A stretch of DNA of 64,000 nt, from assembly GCA_964276515.1 (NCBI GenBank), contig OZ193909.1, positions 2,108,001 through 2,172,000 on the forward strand, given 5' to 3'. This stretch comes from Gordius albopunctatus. Taxonomy: Eukaryota. The translations under genes and the position numbers were made by a program. Shown one piece after another: positions 1-12,706 of the stretch (its first letter is position 1; each line of letters begins with the position of its first letter). The notes below the pieces were generated by a model. It made no database searches, was not told the origin of the DNA, and saw only the letters and a list, made by a program, of their open reading frames with translations.

Positions 1-432
1 AATACACAAAATTAGCTTATATATTAAATAGTTTATACTTTTATGACTGATATTAAAACAAAATCGTGCTATAAGATATTTTTGGTTGTTTTCTGATTGA
101 TTTCACCTTACAACATAGATATGTTAATTTTTAACCGAGGAAGTAAATGGTTTCATAATTACGCGAAAATATTGAATTAATTAAAGTACTAGGCGTTATG
201 AACCCATAAACCGATGATCATTCCATTGTATAAGTAAGTTGGGTTTATTGATAGTTTTCTATTATTTTGGTCCAAATGGGCCCATTATCAAGGGGAAAAG
301 GATGTTTTTAATCGTATAATAATCAGTGAATTGATAAGATAACAAGAAGAACGCACTTAGTAAGGGGCAAATATCATAGTTTGTAAAAAGCAACTTTCTT
401 ATTTTCAGATTTATATAAACTTAAATAAATAG

Positions 433-783
433 ACAATCGCACGGGGGTCGTCGTGGACGTTCTTCTAGCCGGAGTAAATCTAGAAGTTACTACTCCTCTT
501 CAAGCACCTCGTCATCTTATAGCTCGAGATCATCTAATTCTCGTTCCAGGAGCAGATCTTGCAGTTCTAATTTCTCTTCCTGCAGTTGTGGAAGCAGTCG
601 CGCTAGTCGTTCTTCATACTCATCAACCTCGTCTTACACAACCCGTTCTTATAGTAGTAGAAGCAGATCTTACAAAAAGAGACACTATTCTAGTAGTCGT
701 TCTAGGAGCAAAAGCTATAGTAGTAGAAGCCGGTCTGGTTCGAGATCTCCTTCATACGCTGCTGTAGGACGTAGAATTACTAG
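433..783 (+). CDS. Srrm234: Penultimate coding exon of an RS-rich splicing factor, Srrm2/3/4-like (upstream exons not identified)
   Basis: Acceptor aaatag|A at 433, donor AG|gtagag at 783/784. Open frame QSHGGRRGRSSSRSKSRSYYSSSS...SRSRSGSRSPSYAAVGRRIT. RS/S-rich and ends in SPSxxxxRRIT, like the SRRM3/4 eMIC first half (SPSHLEARRITS). The listed ORF 453..767 is a different frame. Confidence 0.7.
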
Positions 784-1192
784 GTAGAGTTAGTGGCTTA
801 TAGTTAAATCGCGATATTTTTGAGACTGATTATTAAATATTTGTTGTTGTTTGTGATGGATAACGAATGAATTAACATCGCTAAAGTAAGATTTCAATAT
901 CCTTAAAAACGCGTATGTATATAAGGAAGGCGTCGACTGCGAAATAATTTTATAAAAATTCAGTGAGATTCTTCAATTCTTTGCCCAATTTGAAAACTTA
1001 TTTAAATTTATCGAAATTTAATCAAGTTTCAGTAATATTATAAGATAAATTAAACGTGAAGTTCAACCTAAAATGAGACTCTATTGTGAATATTTTTAAC
1101 CATAGAGTTTGTATAAGCAAGTATATTGCTTTACATCCCAAAAGTGTTATTATTATGTATACATTTATTCGTATCTTTATGTGTAATTTTAG

Positions 1193-1214
1193 GGCTCGAA
1201 GTCGTAGTTCTTGA
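1193..1214 (+). CDS. Proximal alternative last exon of the Srrm2/3/4-like gene (RRIT-R-ARSRSS*)
   Basis: Acceptor aattttag|G; phase 2 matches the donor at 783; G GCT CGA AGT CGT AGT TCT TGA. Confidence 0.55.
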
Positions 1215-1843
1215 TGAAGCTGTTCAATGTTGTGCATGCAATTATCGTGCTAGTAAAACTTGACACATTTAACATGTCATCCGTACAATTAATTATCGTT
1301 CGTTCGTTTTCCGTTTCGATTTTTTACATTTTTTATCATATAAATTACGTATTATGCTCAAACCCTGTGATTTGTTACGTTGCATGATCATGTCTTTGTA
1401 TACAATCGGTTACTTTTACCCGGGAAATTTTTATCAATCACACAATTATATATAAAATATATACGCGATCGAAATATTCTAAATGTCGGTGTTATATTTA
1501 TTCAGACGCATATAAATATTTTTTAAGAATTGATTTTGCCCTTGTGTCGTAGATATGCTTTGGGATTTTTTAAATCGCTATAGCCTAAGACTGCACCTCT
1601 TCACTTTACAGTTTTTGACTAAATATCCTTTTCCCCTTTAAATTATGCCAAGCTGTAAGAAATTAATTAAAACCCCCAAAAGTTTCTCATGGACATTAAA
1701 TTTTTGAATTTAATATATCTTAGTTTATAACATATGGCATCTTTCAATAATAAAAGTTTGCTAGAGCTCTTAAATGTGTTTCGTAGCCGTTGTGTAAAAT
1801 GCATCTTTTCGAGTCATACATATATAAACAAATTTTTATACAG

Positions 1844-1898
1844 CTCAAGAAAACCGCCCATCTTATTGAAGAGACGTCATAACCAAAACAGATATTAA
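1844..1898 (+). CDS. Distal alternative last exon completing an eMIC-like motif (RRIT-S-SRKPPILLKRRHNQNRY*)
   Basis: Acceptor tttttatacag|C, phase 2. Gives RRITSSRKPPI versus recalled eMIC RRITSARKRPIPY. AATAAA at about 1922 and 1943. Confidence 0.6.
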
Positions 1899-2195
1899 CG
1901 CTACTTGAAATTCGTCTTATAAATAAAAATACTAAACTATTAAATAAAAAAATTTTCGGCCATCGTTGTTTTGAAGGAGTTAATAGTAGTGTGCCTTTGG
2001 TTTAATTAAACTTTTTACATATCTCAAGGTAAATAAGTAGATTTATTTATATGTTTATACTGATATAAATAATTTGGTTCATTTGGAATATAAACATGTC
2101 TTGATCACGTATAGCAGTGGTAATTTTACCATCTTATCCTGCCCATAATAAAACAGCAAAACAAGAGGCTCTTCATTGAACACTTTAACCCAACT

Positions 2196-5100
2196 TTAAG
2201 CTGAATTGTCCGCATCTTCTATGGTTATAATAATCGGAGGACACCTCTGCCCTTGGTTATTGTCTTCTAAGTTACGGGGCCTTGCCGCATCAGATGCTTC
2301 CACGTTTTCTGTACGACTTTCACGCCTTAGCGGGCTGTGATTGTAAACGTAACTAGTAGAGGTTCTATTGAATGAAGATAATTCTGTAGCCGAAGGTAAG
2401 TCTAGGTATACGGAAGGTGGGTCGGGATCATATTTTAGAGTTAATCGAAAGGGGTTTAAGAAAGCCCGAGATCGACCCGATTTCTTATTAGACGCGAGTC
2501 CAGCTTGGCGTGAAAATTTGGTTTCAGCCATGAGGTTAGGTGGTGGACTTTGGCTTTTATCGGGTGGTAATTGTTGAAATTGTTGCGAAGTCGAGGGTTT
2601 CTTTGGATCTATATTTTGGGTTTGAGACGCCCAATCGGGTTTAGTCGCGATAGAAGTGGTCGAAGAATTGGCATTATCCGCGTCAGAAACTTCAGTTATC
2701 CTATCCAAACGACTATTGCCAAAAACGATTTTGGGATGAGATTTATGCTGCGCTAAATCAATAAATTCGTGTTGTTCAATCGATTCATTTCCATCGAGAG
2801 GCGATGCAAGTTTATAAGCTGAAACTATCACTTTGGGCAGTAAAATTGATTTGTCTCCGGTCGGGCTGGAAGCTTTATAAAGGGGCAAGTCGCCAGATGA
2901 CATGCATTTTCTCCTATTACGACCAATACTTTTATTCGTCTTTTTCACGCTTTGCCTCAAAAATTTCGCTCTCCCGCCTTTCTGGTTTCCATCGGACTTA
3001 TTGTTGTCTGGTCCAGTTGAAATGCCCGAGGTTCTGTCACCTTTAGTTAAAGTCGCACTACCAACCCTACTTCTAATGGAATTACCACTAACTGGGGGTC
3101 TTGTAAAGGCGGCGCGACAGCACATTATAGTTGACAAAATGGAGACTAAAAACTCGATTGAAGATAGTATAGCCGCTATGATGTAAATCAAAATGGTAGC
3201 GGAAAAGGTTAACTTTATTTTTTTTCTCTCCCTCAATTTTTTCCTTCTAGGCGAAGAAATAATCTTTGTGGCCAATTTTGACACACCCTCGTCCCTGGGT
3301 TTGTCCTTGAAAATTCCATTTTCAACCATCGATGGAAGTCCCGGCAATTCTAAGACTGCAAAAGGATCCAAATTATAACTTGTAAACATAAAGTAAAAAG
3401 ACTGCCTGATCGCTTTTCAAAGGTATATATAGTCATGGGTGTAGCCAAGGGGGGCAGGAAGGGGCGCCTTCCCCTCTCTAAATCCAAAAATTTGTTGAAA
3501 TTTATTAAAATTAAGGGGCTAAAATTTCAAAAAAGATCATTATTGCCCCCCCCCCTCTAATTCCAATTCTGACTGCCCATGTATAAAGTTATTTGTTCTC
3601 GCACCAAACGCATTGCAAACATGAATAAAATCTATGATTAAAATACTTCTTATCAAATGCCCACTTTAATAAGACTTACCTAATTTACCATACAAATGAA
3701 CAGTAATAATGGTAAGATAAATTATTTTTATATTGAACTAGATAAAAAATACGTATTAAGCAATTTAGGAGTGTTATTCCGTATACTATTGAAACTAAAT
3801 GGAAACGATAAGATTTCTCAAAATTATATAGGAATACCAAACTGCTTTTTTTCTATATAAAAAATATATTTAAAATCATGCCGGGTCGAGCGGCCCTAGC
3901 TTAGCCGTAGTATAAAGGTCACCCTCACTTGCAAAAATCTCATTAAATGCCAAAAGTAGAATGGGGTTTCGAGGGGAATAATTACCAAGGGTCGGGTTTT
4001 AAATTTATCGAAAATATTTATGTATCTAGTAGTAATTTATTCTCATGGATATACATGATTCTTTCAAATTTTATATATTTATTCTAAAAGAATATTAGTA
4101 AAACCAAATCGTAATAATTTTTATAATTTCTCGATTTCTTCACAAATTATTGCATTTTTTAGGAAAAACGATAAATTAGATTACACTTTTAATTTGTCAG
4201 TCTAGTCGTTGGAGTTTTAAAGCATAAGCGTTGTTAAAGATTCAAAAAATACTCTTCCATTCTTATAAATTTATAGCTGAAATGCTGAAATTATAAAAAA
4301 AAATTAGTAGTGGTAAAAAACAAATTTCGCAAAGCATTTTTAAGGCATACCCGATCGCGATGACTTGATGAAATGGCTAGTATAATTTTGCGACGTTACA
4401 GAGGGTAAAGGATGTTGGTATACTACTTTGAGCAAAGTTGCCAAATCTAGAATTAAATGCTGCGGTTTCAAACCCAATTCCGATCGGTCTTGTTGATGAT
4501 TGGGGGACATCTTGAAATCTCTAATTTTATCTTGGGGTTCTTCTAAAGTTTCAAGATTAGGAGGAAACATAACTATTTCTGGAAATAGTAAAGTTCCATT
4601 AAAATTGTCGATACCATTGGGATCTACAAGGATGTGAATTTCGCAATATATTCCCAGCAGTGAAAAGATTAGAATGAATGAGGAGGTGATGACCGAAATA
4701 ATGGATATGGAAAGGAAAGTGACTAAAAAGCAATTTTCTTCGCCTTTCCTTTTGATGTGTAAACCGATGAAACCCTGAATTAAAAATAATAATCCAGTCC
4801 AAAAGCCAGCACCTAATAATTAAATTTTAAATAAATATATATATATATATATATATAAGAATTCGTTGATGGTAATGTAGAATTAGAAATAAAGTTTTAA
4901 AGTAGAGAGAAGTATGTGCGAAGCCAGCATTGGAATTAGAGGGGGGGCAATGATGATTTAGGAAGAGGAAAAATGATCATTTTTTGATATTTTAGCCCGA
5001 TAATTTTAATAAAAATACTAGTAAATTCAGTTAGGGACTACCATGGGGATGGGCGTAGCCAAGAGGTCGAAAAAACAAATTTTAAGTGCAAAAACCCTTA

Positions 5101-8100
5101 AAAATTAAAAAAATTTAGGTTTCGTCCCCCTCCCCCTGATCCAAAACCTGACTACCTAATAAAATTCAGATTTTGAGGTTTAAATTTTTTGTATACAAAT
5201 TTAATAAAAGTACAATTTATTTTAATTTAAATATTATTATTTTTTTTAGATTATATATTTGTATATTAAATTATAATACCTTGCCCCTTAATTGTGAAAT
5301 TAAACTAGAGGATGGAAGGAACAAAGAGAATTTGTGTTTATATTGTAGCCTTAACTGTTGACAGGAAATTAAATTTTCTCTTTGATTTTTATTCAATAAA
5401 AATGATCTAATTCAAAGGGTCTGAAATCTAATAGGGACGATGGCATATTAAGCATTAGCATAAATTATAAAATCTCCTTTGAATTTTAATTTCAGTTAAG
5501 CTCGAGGGTTTTTATGACAACCATTTCAAGGGCTTTAATTAAAATTTAATTAAAAAATATATCTTCCTACTGCAATATCATTTTAAAATGGTTAATACAG
5601 GAAATTAGATTTGGGGAGAAGTGGTTAAAAGGTTTCATTTCTACAGTCGGTTTATATTAGATTTGAAAATTCGATTTTAAAAGTATTAAAAAATAATAGC
5701 TTTATGATTTAAACAAAATCTTAAACCATACCTTTCTCACTGTATACGTTTATATGAGAATTAAGTAGAAATATCTACTTTTTGAAAGTTTTAAATCCTA
5801 AAGACTTTATTTGGTTTGTATAGTTTTTGCTATTTTAATTAAAATTTGTAGAGTATATGGGCGTAATGAGTATTTAATAAATATCTTTGTGTCCAAAAAA
5901 TTAACAATATATAAGATGTCAATTTTCAAATAACTTTTTTTGTCATCTATATCGATGAAACTAATTGCAAATATTTTTATGTTGGAAGCTAGGCAAGATG
6001 ATATTTTAAAGCTTTTCAAAAAATCGGAAAAATATAATTAGATTTAATTGATATAATTCTAAGGGGCAAGCAAAATTTTAAATTACTTTTTAATTACTCC
6101 TTTCAAAAATTTAGGATCAAAGACATTCAATTAAACTTCTATCAAGTGATTATTGATATAATTATATAAAACAAATAAATTTTTATCTAAAATAATTGAT
6201 ATAATTCTAAGGGGCAAACAAAATTTTAAATTACTTTTTAATTACTCCTTTCAAAAATTTAGGATCAAAGACATTCAATTAAACTTCTATCAAGTGATTA
6301 TTGATATAATTATATAAAACAAATAAATTTTTATCTAAAAAAAACCATATGATATAATCAATAAATATTCAAAATAACGATAAGCGTCATGGTTTAGTTT
6401 CATTTATTATAAGATTAAATAATGGCCGCGGTGACAAATTTTTAATAAAAATCTAATTTGTCCAAGCTGATTAATTGTCATAAATAGATTTTTGTTTAAT
6501 ATATAATTGATGGAATTATGAGCTTTTACATTCATTATCAACCATACGGCGACGGTGGACGCGTTTTATTGCTTGCATTTTGTAAATTAATTTTAAAAAA
6601 GTCATATTAATATTAGGGGTAGTAATTGCAATTTTATATAAAAAAAATCTTTATTTTTTTTTGTAAAGTTAGGTCATATAAAATTGCACTTAGATTCATT
6701 TTCGGCCAAAATATCTTTTAATATAGTTTTATTATACAATTCAAATATGTGTTAATAACTATTTAAAATAAACCTATATTTTTTAGTTGTTAAATTCTAT
6801 AATCATCATCAGCTTTCTGTAGTCTTAAATAAATTTTGTCCTAACAATTTTATTCCATAAAGTTTCGGTTTTTAAAAAATTCAAACAAATTAGATGTAAG
6901 AAATAAAATTTTACAAATTTAAAAGGCACATTAATAAGTGCTCCAATTTTATACGAGTTGCTTGGCACTTTTTTGCGCTTTAAAAACCTATTATGTTTTA
7001 ATGTATATCGCATTTATCAGTCGAAAAATTTGACATAAGCACTTAATTTAATGAACGCCAATGATAGATTACACGATAGGGATTTGTGTTTTAAAATCTC
7101 CAAAATCAAAAGGCGCTCTTAATTCAATTTTTAAAAAAAAAACTTTCTATTAACGCTGAATGTTTAAGGCGTTTTTTTAATCAAATTAAGGATTTATATG
7201 TATTGAAAAAAGCAATTTAATTTTTTCCTTTTATGAAGTGAAAATTGCAAGGATAAAATAAGCGTCGTTTAATTTTAGGCGCTAAATTATATTTAAGTGG
7301 AAATGCAAAACTTTTTTGAAAATTCCGAATCCTTGGGCATAAATTAATGATATGTAAATTTAAATTGCTAAATTTAAATGCAAATTAGATAATTGTGCAT
7401 TCAAATTACTTTAAACTAAAATTATATTCAAATTTGCAGGTTAACAAAAACAATTGGAGGCACCCGATCATTTTAAATTCTTCTTCAGCTTCATAGATAG
7501 ATGCATAAATATATTTTCTTTTATAGTTTTGCAGCAATCATTTTACAATTTTTAAGTTTTGTACGATAGACTTTAAAATTAAAAACTCAAATTTGAAACC
7601 TAATGTTAAATAGTTTTAAAATCACTATCATTTATTACAAGCGCCGTTCGTATAATAAATTTTAATTAGAATGTTCAATGATGTAATTCTAAAAGCTGAA
7701 AGTTGCTGGGACCAAAAGCCTATAAGAAAATTGAAATCTAAATTTTGCTTTATAATTCAAACAAATGAGTGGGTGGGTTTTATAATATGTCAATATCGAT
7801 TAGCTTTTAAAAATTTCACATTTTTTAAAATAAATCTTGAAAATCCAAAGGAAAAATCAATCGAGATCAAAAAGATTAGCCAGCATTGTTAACAAACGAA
7901 AAATGTCAAACAAAAAAATTGACTAAGGAAACCATGAAATTTTCAATTAGGCTTAACATGGCTTAAAAAATATAAAACAAGCAAAAGCGGATGTCAAATC
8001 TCATCTCTTTAGGTTAAATTTAATATTAAAATTTATATTATTTCACAATAAATGAGTTTAATTTATTCGCAAACATAGTTACTAAGTTCTTATTTTGGTC

Positions 8101-8455
8101 AAAGATTTGGTATTTCCTCGGGAAATGATTTATTTTTGACATACATATGCGGTATACATTAACTATTCCTTATATTTAATTTTAATTAAGATATATTCAT
8201 TTATTATTTATAACATCATCATACCTTAAATAATATTTTTTTGCGAATAATATATACTTTTGATATATGATTCTCGCCATTTCACATCTAAATATTTGTG
8301 TGATAAATTAATGTGATACCTATTATGGCGATCGAATAACGGGATAGAATACAAGAAATAGAGATCCCAAATAAATATATCCCATACAAAATATGTATGG
8401 AAGAATTATATATCGCGAAAGTCGAGAGCGTTACTTTCGTGTCTTTTTCTGACAT
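2196..8455 (-). CDS. MS4A/CD20-like four-transmembrane protein, about 585 aa; exons 8455-8320, 4812-4351, 3355-2196
   Basis: GT-AG introns, all phase 1; 136+462+1160=1758 nt, open throughout. TM1 ILYGIYLFGISISCIL, TM2 GAGFWTGLLFLIQGFIGL (CD20-family GxxFWxG-type motif), TM3 FLVTFLSISIISVITSSFILIFSLLGIY, TM4 IYIIAAILSSIEFLVSILSTIMCC. Confidence 0.75.
3434..3581. mobile_element. MITE of the abundant CATGGGCGTAGCCAG family (hAT-like); representative copy
   Basis: CATGGGTGTAGCC...CTGCCCATG ends with G-run/C-run subtermini. Related copies or fragments near 4922, 5049, 9190, 9856, 10450, 11814, 15445, 28501, 37085, 37715, 39219, 41229, 43810, 46045, 48050, 51318, 51985, 54650, 61720 and 62501. Confidence 0.7.
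6045..6340. repeat. Tandem duplication, 2 x about 148 bp, in intron 1 of the MS4A-like gene
   Basis: taattgatataattctaaggggcaa... recurs at 6045 and 6193, nearly identical. Confidence 0.9.
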
Positions 8456-11258
8456 TTTAAAACACAAAATTTTGCTTAAAAATGCACTTTTTAACTTTAA
8501 ATTTTCTAGTTTCAGGAAAAATTCTTCTCTTCAACATGATGATAATAAAATTAGTTAGAGCAATGAAATGATTATAGTTTGTAGTAAAACGGTCTTAAAA
8601 ATAGATTTATTTTAATGGTATAGGAGGGGGGGGGGGATTGGGAGAATTTAGGTTGGCACCTTCGGAAAGCTTTAAATACGGTATTATATATAACAAGCTC
8701 ATACATTTCCCTCATTTGTTGTACATAATAACCAATCGATAAATTGCTGCTTTAAATGACCGGAACACGTAGAAATTAAACAGCAAATCTCTTCCCTTAA
8801 AAGAAAACTTTATTTCATCAAAGTATCTTATTTTTCAAAAAATTACAAATTTTTTTTTATATTAACTATCAAAATTGATTGATAATGAGAAAGGGGCTAA
8901 AAATTAGGAAAGGTTTAGTTTAGTTAGCGAGACGCAAAATGATTGCATTAAATATATTTGAATCTTTAAATTTTGGGCGGGGGCAAGTGCCCCATCTTGC
9001 CTCCCTGGGTGTAACTTCATGAATTTAAATGTTAAGAGTAACTAGGCGTAATAATTTTAAAAGAATTATTTGTCAACAAACCTATGAATCATTAAATATC
9101 GGAATTCGCAAGCAGGGTTCTGACAAAATGTTATTAAAATTAAAGTAAATCCTTATAATTTGGGCGAAATGTTTAAAAATTTAAATAGGGAGGGGCAAAA
9201 CATATTTTTTTTTAATTTTTAACGGTTTTTGCATCTAAAAAAATTTATTTTTTGTCATTTAGGGGGGGGGGGCCTTGGCTACGCTCATGGTCACATTTAG
9301 AGAAATACTTTTAAATCCAATAATAATTACTATATACAATAGTTTTTCAATCGGATTACATTTTCAAAGTTGTCAATGAAAGTATATACATTATTGATTT
9401 ATTATCATCCATTATCATTTTAAATTAATATACACCTCTGTCAAAAGTCTGGCATTAACTGTTCATTCCCTTTTAAACAGCCATTTTAATACGTGAAACA
9501 TGAATTTTGGGTAATTTATATGGTTTGATAAATTTTTAAAGATTAAAATGGGTTGTTGTTTCATGTTATAAGATCAATGATGATTATTGTCCAATGCAAT
9601 CCATCGCTATACAAACTCTACTCCTGCCTGCTGCACTTATTAAAATGGCGCTCGTTTTTGGGAACACTTTTGATGCGTGAATATATAAGAGATGAGCAGT
9701 CTATTAGTCTATGCATTAATCATACAATTCTAAACATCTACAACATTTTTGATAAATATTAAATGTGATCATTCATTAATTTACGACATACTTACATCGT
9801 GATATCTAAAACTGTTTTAAAAGAGTATTAAATTTAAATTATATAAAGAATTGCCCATGGTCATATACAGGGGGGGGGGGCCAGGAGTGTGCAGATCCCC
9901 CCTAAATTACAAAAAAAAATTTCAAATACAAAAACCCTTAAAAATTAAAAAAAATATATGTTTTGCCCCTCCCCCTAAATGAACTTAAAACGACGATGGA
10001 GTTGCCTTTTTACAAAATTAACTATGCCATATTATCAGTAGGTTAGTGTTATATTTTTTGTTTCAATTTTATGTATAAAATGAAAATAATAATTATTGAG
10101 GCTAGCCAAGTAAACATTTTTGTTATACTGTTTGACAATCATGATAATAATTAAAATTTCAAAATATTTCATTTGTAAACGAAATTATTTCAGGTTTCAT
10201 TTATGAAAAACTAAATTTAAATTTCAAGATCCACACTGTAAAAATTCTCTTTTTGGTAGTTAAAAAGGGAAGCGAAAGCAATCATCAATTAGGATAGATG
10301 AGAAGTACAAAATCAGGAGCAATTACCGTGGCTTGTTGGATATTACATCTATTTACTATAGCACGTTTTGACGCTGTGCAATACAAATCCAATATTAATC
10401 TTTAATTAAGCTATGCGGTGACCATAAAATGTTTTATTATAGCTATAGTCATAGGCGTAGCCGGGGGGGGGTGGGGGCAGGAAGGGACGGCCGCCGCCCT
10501 CTAAATCCAAAAATATGTATAAATTTATTTAAATTATGGCTAAAATTTTGAAAAAATGATCATTTTGCCCCTCTCTAAATCATCATTGCCCCCCCCTTTA
10601 ATTCCGATACTGCTAAAATTCAAAGAAAATTAAACCAAATATTTATCGTTTAAAAATAAATATAGGCTTGTACATTAAAATTAAAACGACGATATAAGAT
10701 GCACCGACAAAAAATGGTAGAGCAAGAATCTCAATCTTTGACTTATAAATTAACTTGTCACAGCAGTCAGCACTCTAAAACTATTAGATGGAGTAAGGGG
10801 GAGTGATTTGAGCTTTAATATAATACCTCTAATTTATTGATTTGATCGCTGGTATTAATTGTTACCCACCTGACCTCCCCAACTTGGCTTTTAAATTGCA
10901 ACGGGGCAAACTTATACACGCGTATTTGACCACTATGGAAGGAAACTACTGTTTCCGTGAAAGACTTTCATCCTTTTTCTTTCACGGAAAATGATCGCTG
11001 GTTCTCTTTAATTTTTCCGACCTCGAGCCCCAAATTCCATTTTTATTTTTGTGCCCTGCTGATTTTTAATAAATTCAAGATAAACCCTGTCATTTAAAAT
11101 ATAACCGGCGTAACTAAAGGAATGGGGGGGGCGGAGAGGGGGCTAAGGTGATATCCGAGTGGGCTTATGGGGTCAGGAATTTGGTGTTGGATTTATCATA
11201 ATGTATCATTTGGGACATTTTTGTGTACTTCAGTCTCTAACTGCTACTAGTTTATATT

Positions 11259-11402
11259 GGTGGCCCGTCAACTCGCCGAAAACCATCTCGCAAAATTTAA
11301 TGATAGTCCCCCCCATTCAACCAATCACAAAATGGGGCACCTTTTTTTAACCGGGTGACATTAAATTCGGCCAGATGGTTTTCGGCGAGTTGACGGGCCA
11401 CC
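11259..11402. mobile_element. MITE with about 30-bp TIRs, possibly Mutator-like
   Basis: GGTGGCCCGTCAACTCGCCGAAAACCATCT and its perfect inverse. Flanks GTTTATATT / GGTTATATC (7/9, a possible 9-bp TSD). Confidence 0.7.
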
Positions 11403-12706
11403 GGTTATATCAATATATGAGCAACTGCTAATTAGGCAAAATGCCATTTTCGCGTTAATGTATTTACGCCTATCTAATAGATGAATGAATTTATGCCTAG
11501 TCGCAAGATGAAAAATAAAATCAATGTATTCGCTGCCAAACAAGGCTCAAAGGACTTACAGGATGGGGATGTTACAAGAAGATAAAGTGATCGCTTGTAT
11601 GAATGTTTTGATATGGAGCGCTTTCTCCCCCTATTTATTATTCCAAGTGTAGATTATAAATTATGATCTATGCTCTCATCACGAAGAAACCCTGAAAAAT
11701 ATTATATTTTACACAATGTCATATCATAGATTACAACGTGGTAATTTAAACTAAAGTTAGACAATTACAATTCTATAAACAAATTCATTCATATTTGCAT
11801 TATAGAAATTTTCATAGGCCAAGCCAGGGGGGGGGGCAGGGAGGAGCGGCTGCCCCCCTCTAAATCTAAAAATACTTTAAAATTTAATATAATTATGGCT
11901 AAAATTACGAAAAATTATCATTTTGCGACTCCCTAAATCATTATTGCCCCCCCCCCATAACCCTTATTCTACCTAGTGTTGAGCTTAACTTAACCTTTTC
12001 CTATAAACTTTTTTTATAAAGATTAAAAAAATGTGACTACATATTAATCAAATGGAGTTATTCTATCAGCTTTTAACTAGTTTGTACTAAATAAGGTCAA
12101 TGTGCATTTATAAAGAGGCTATTTTTGATAAAAAAAAAGATTTGACGGCATATATTACTAAATTCCTGGGGGATTTAACAATGAAAGAAAATCAATGCTT
12201 AAAAGTGGTAATAATCGCTTGATCTAAAAAATCCAGTAAATCGTTGTATGTTGTTCATCCAGGCGATAAACTATTTTTAACATGGTCCATAAATATTGGC
12301 GAGGCACAATTTTCAAGACAAGCACTTAATTTAATGTTTAGAGACAACTCCGCATTTCGCCAGGCTGCAGAGTAAGGTTCAATACTACAGTGTACCCTTA
12401 GACTAGATAGACTGCTCATCAACTCTAGATAAGTGTTACGTTCTCCCGCCATTTTTGTGTACAAATAAGGGAAGAACATATGGATTATAGAAATTTTGGT
12501 TAATAAATAGTATTTTTAGAAATTAATAAAAAAAGTATTGATCAGTTAAACATTAAAAACAGCTAAAAATTAATAAAAAAAATATCGATCAAACATTAAA
12601 AACAGCATTTTTTTAGATATATCATTTGCAAAATTTATAAAAAAAAACAAATAAAAATACTGTGATGATGTGATATTAAAACAATTTAGTGTCATCTGTC
12701 CTTTAT

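Noticed and set aside
453..767. 104-aa hydrophobic ORF (MDVLLAGV...)
   Set aside because: Shadow frame of the RS-rich exon; starts at GTG.
3356..3389. ATG start of the 397-aa ORF
   Set aside because: Lies in the intron before the acceptor ttttgcag|3355; TM1-3 are in upstream exons.
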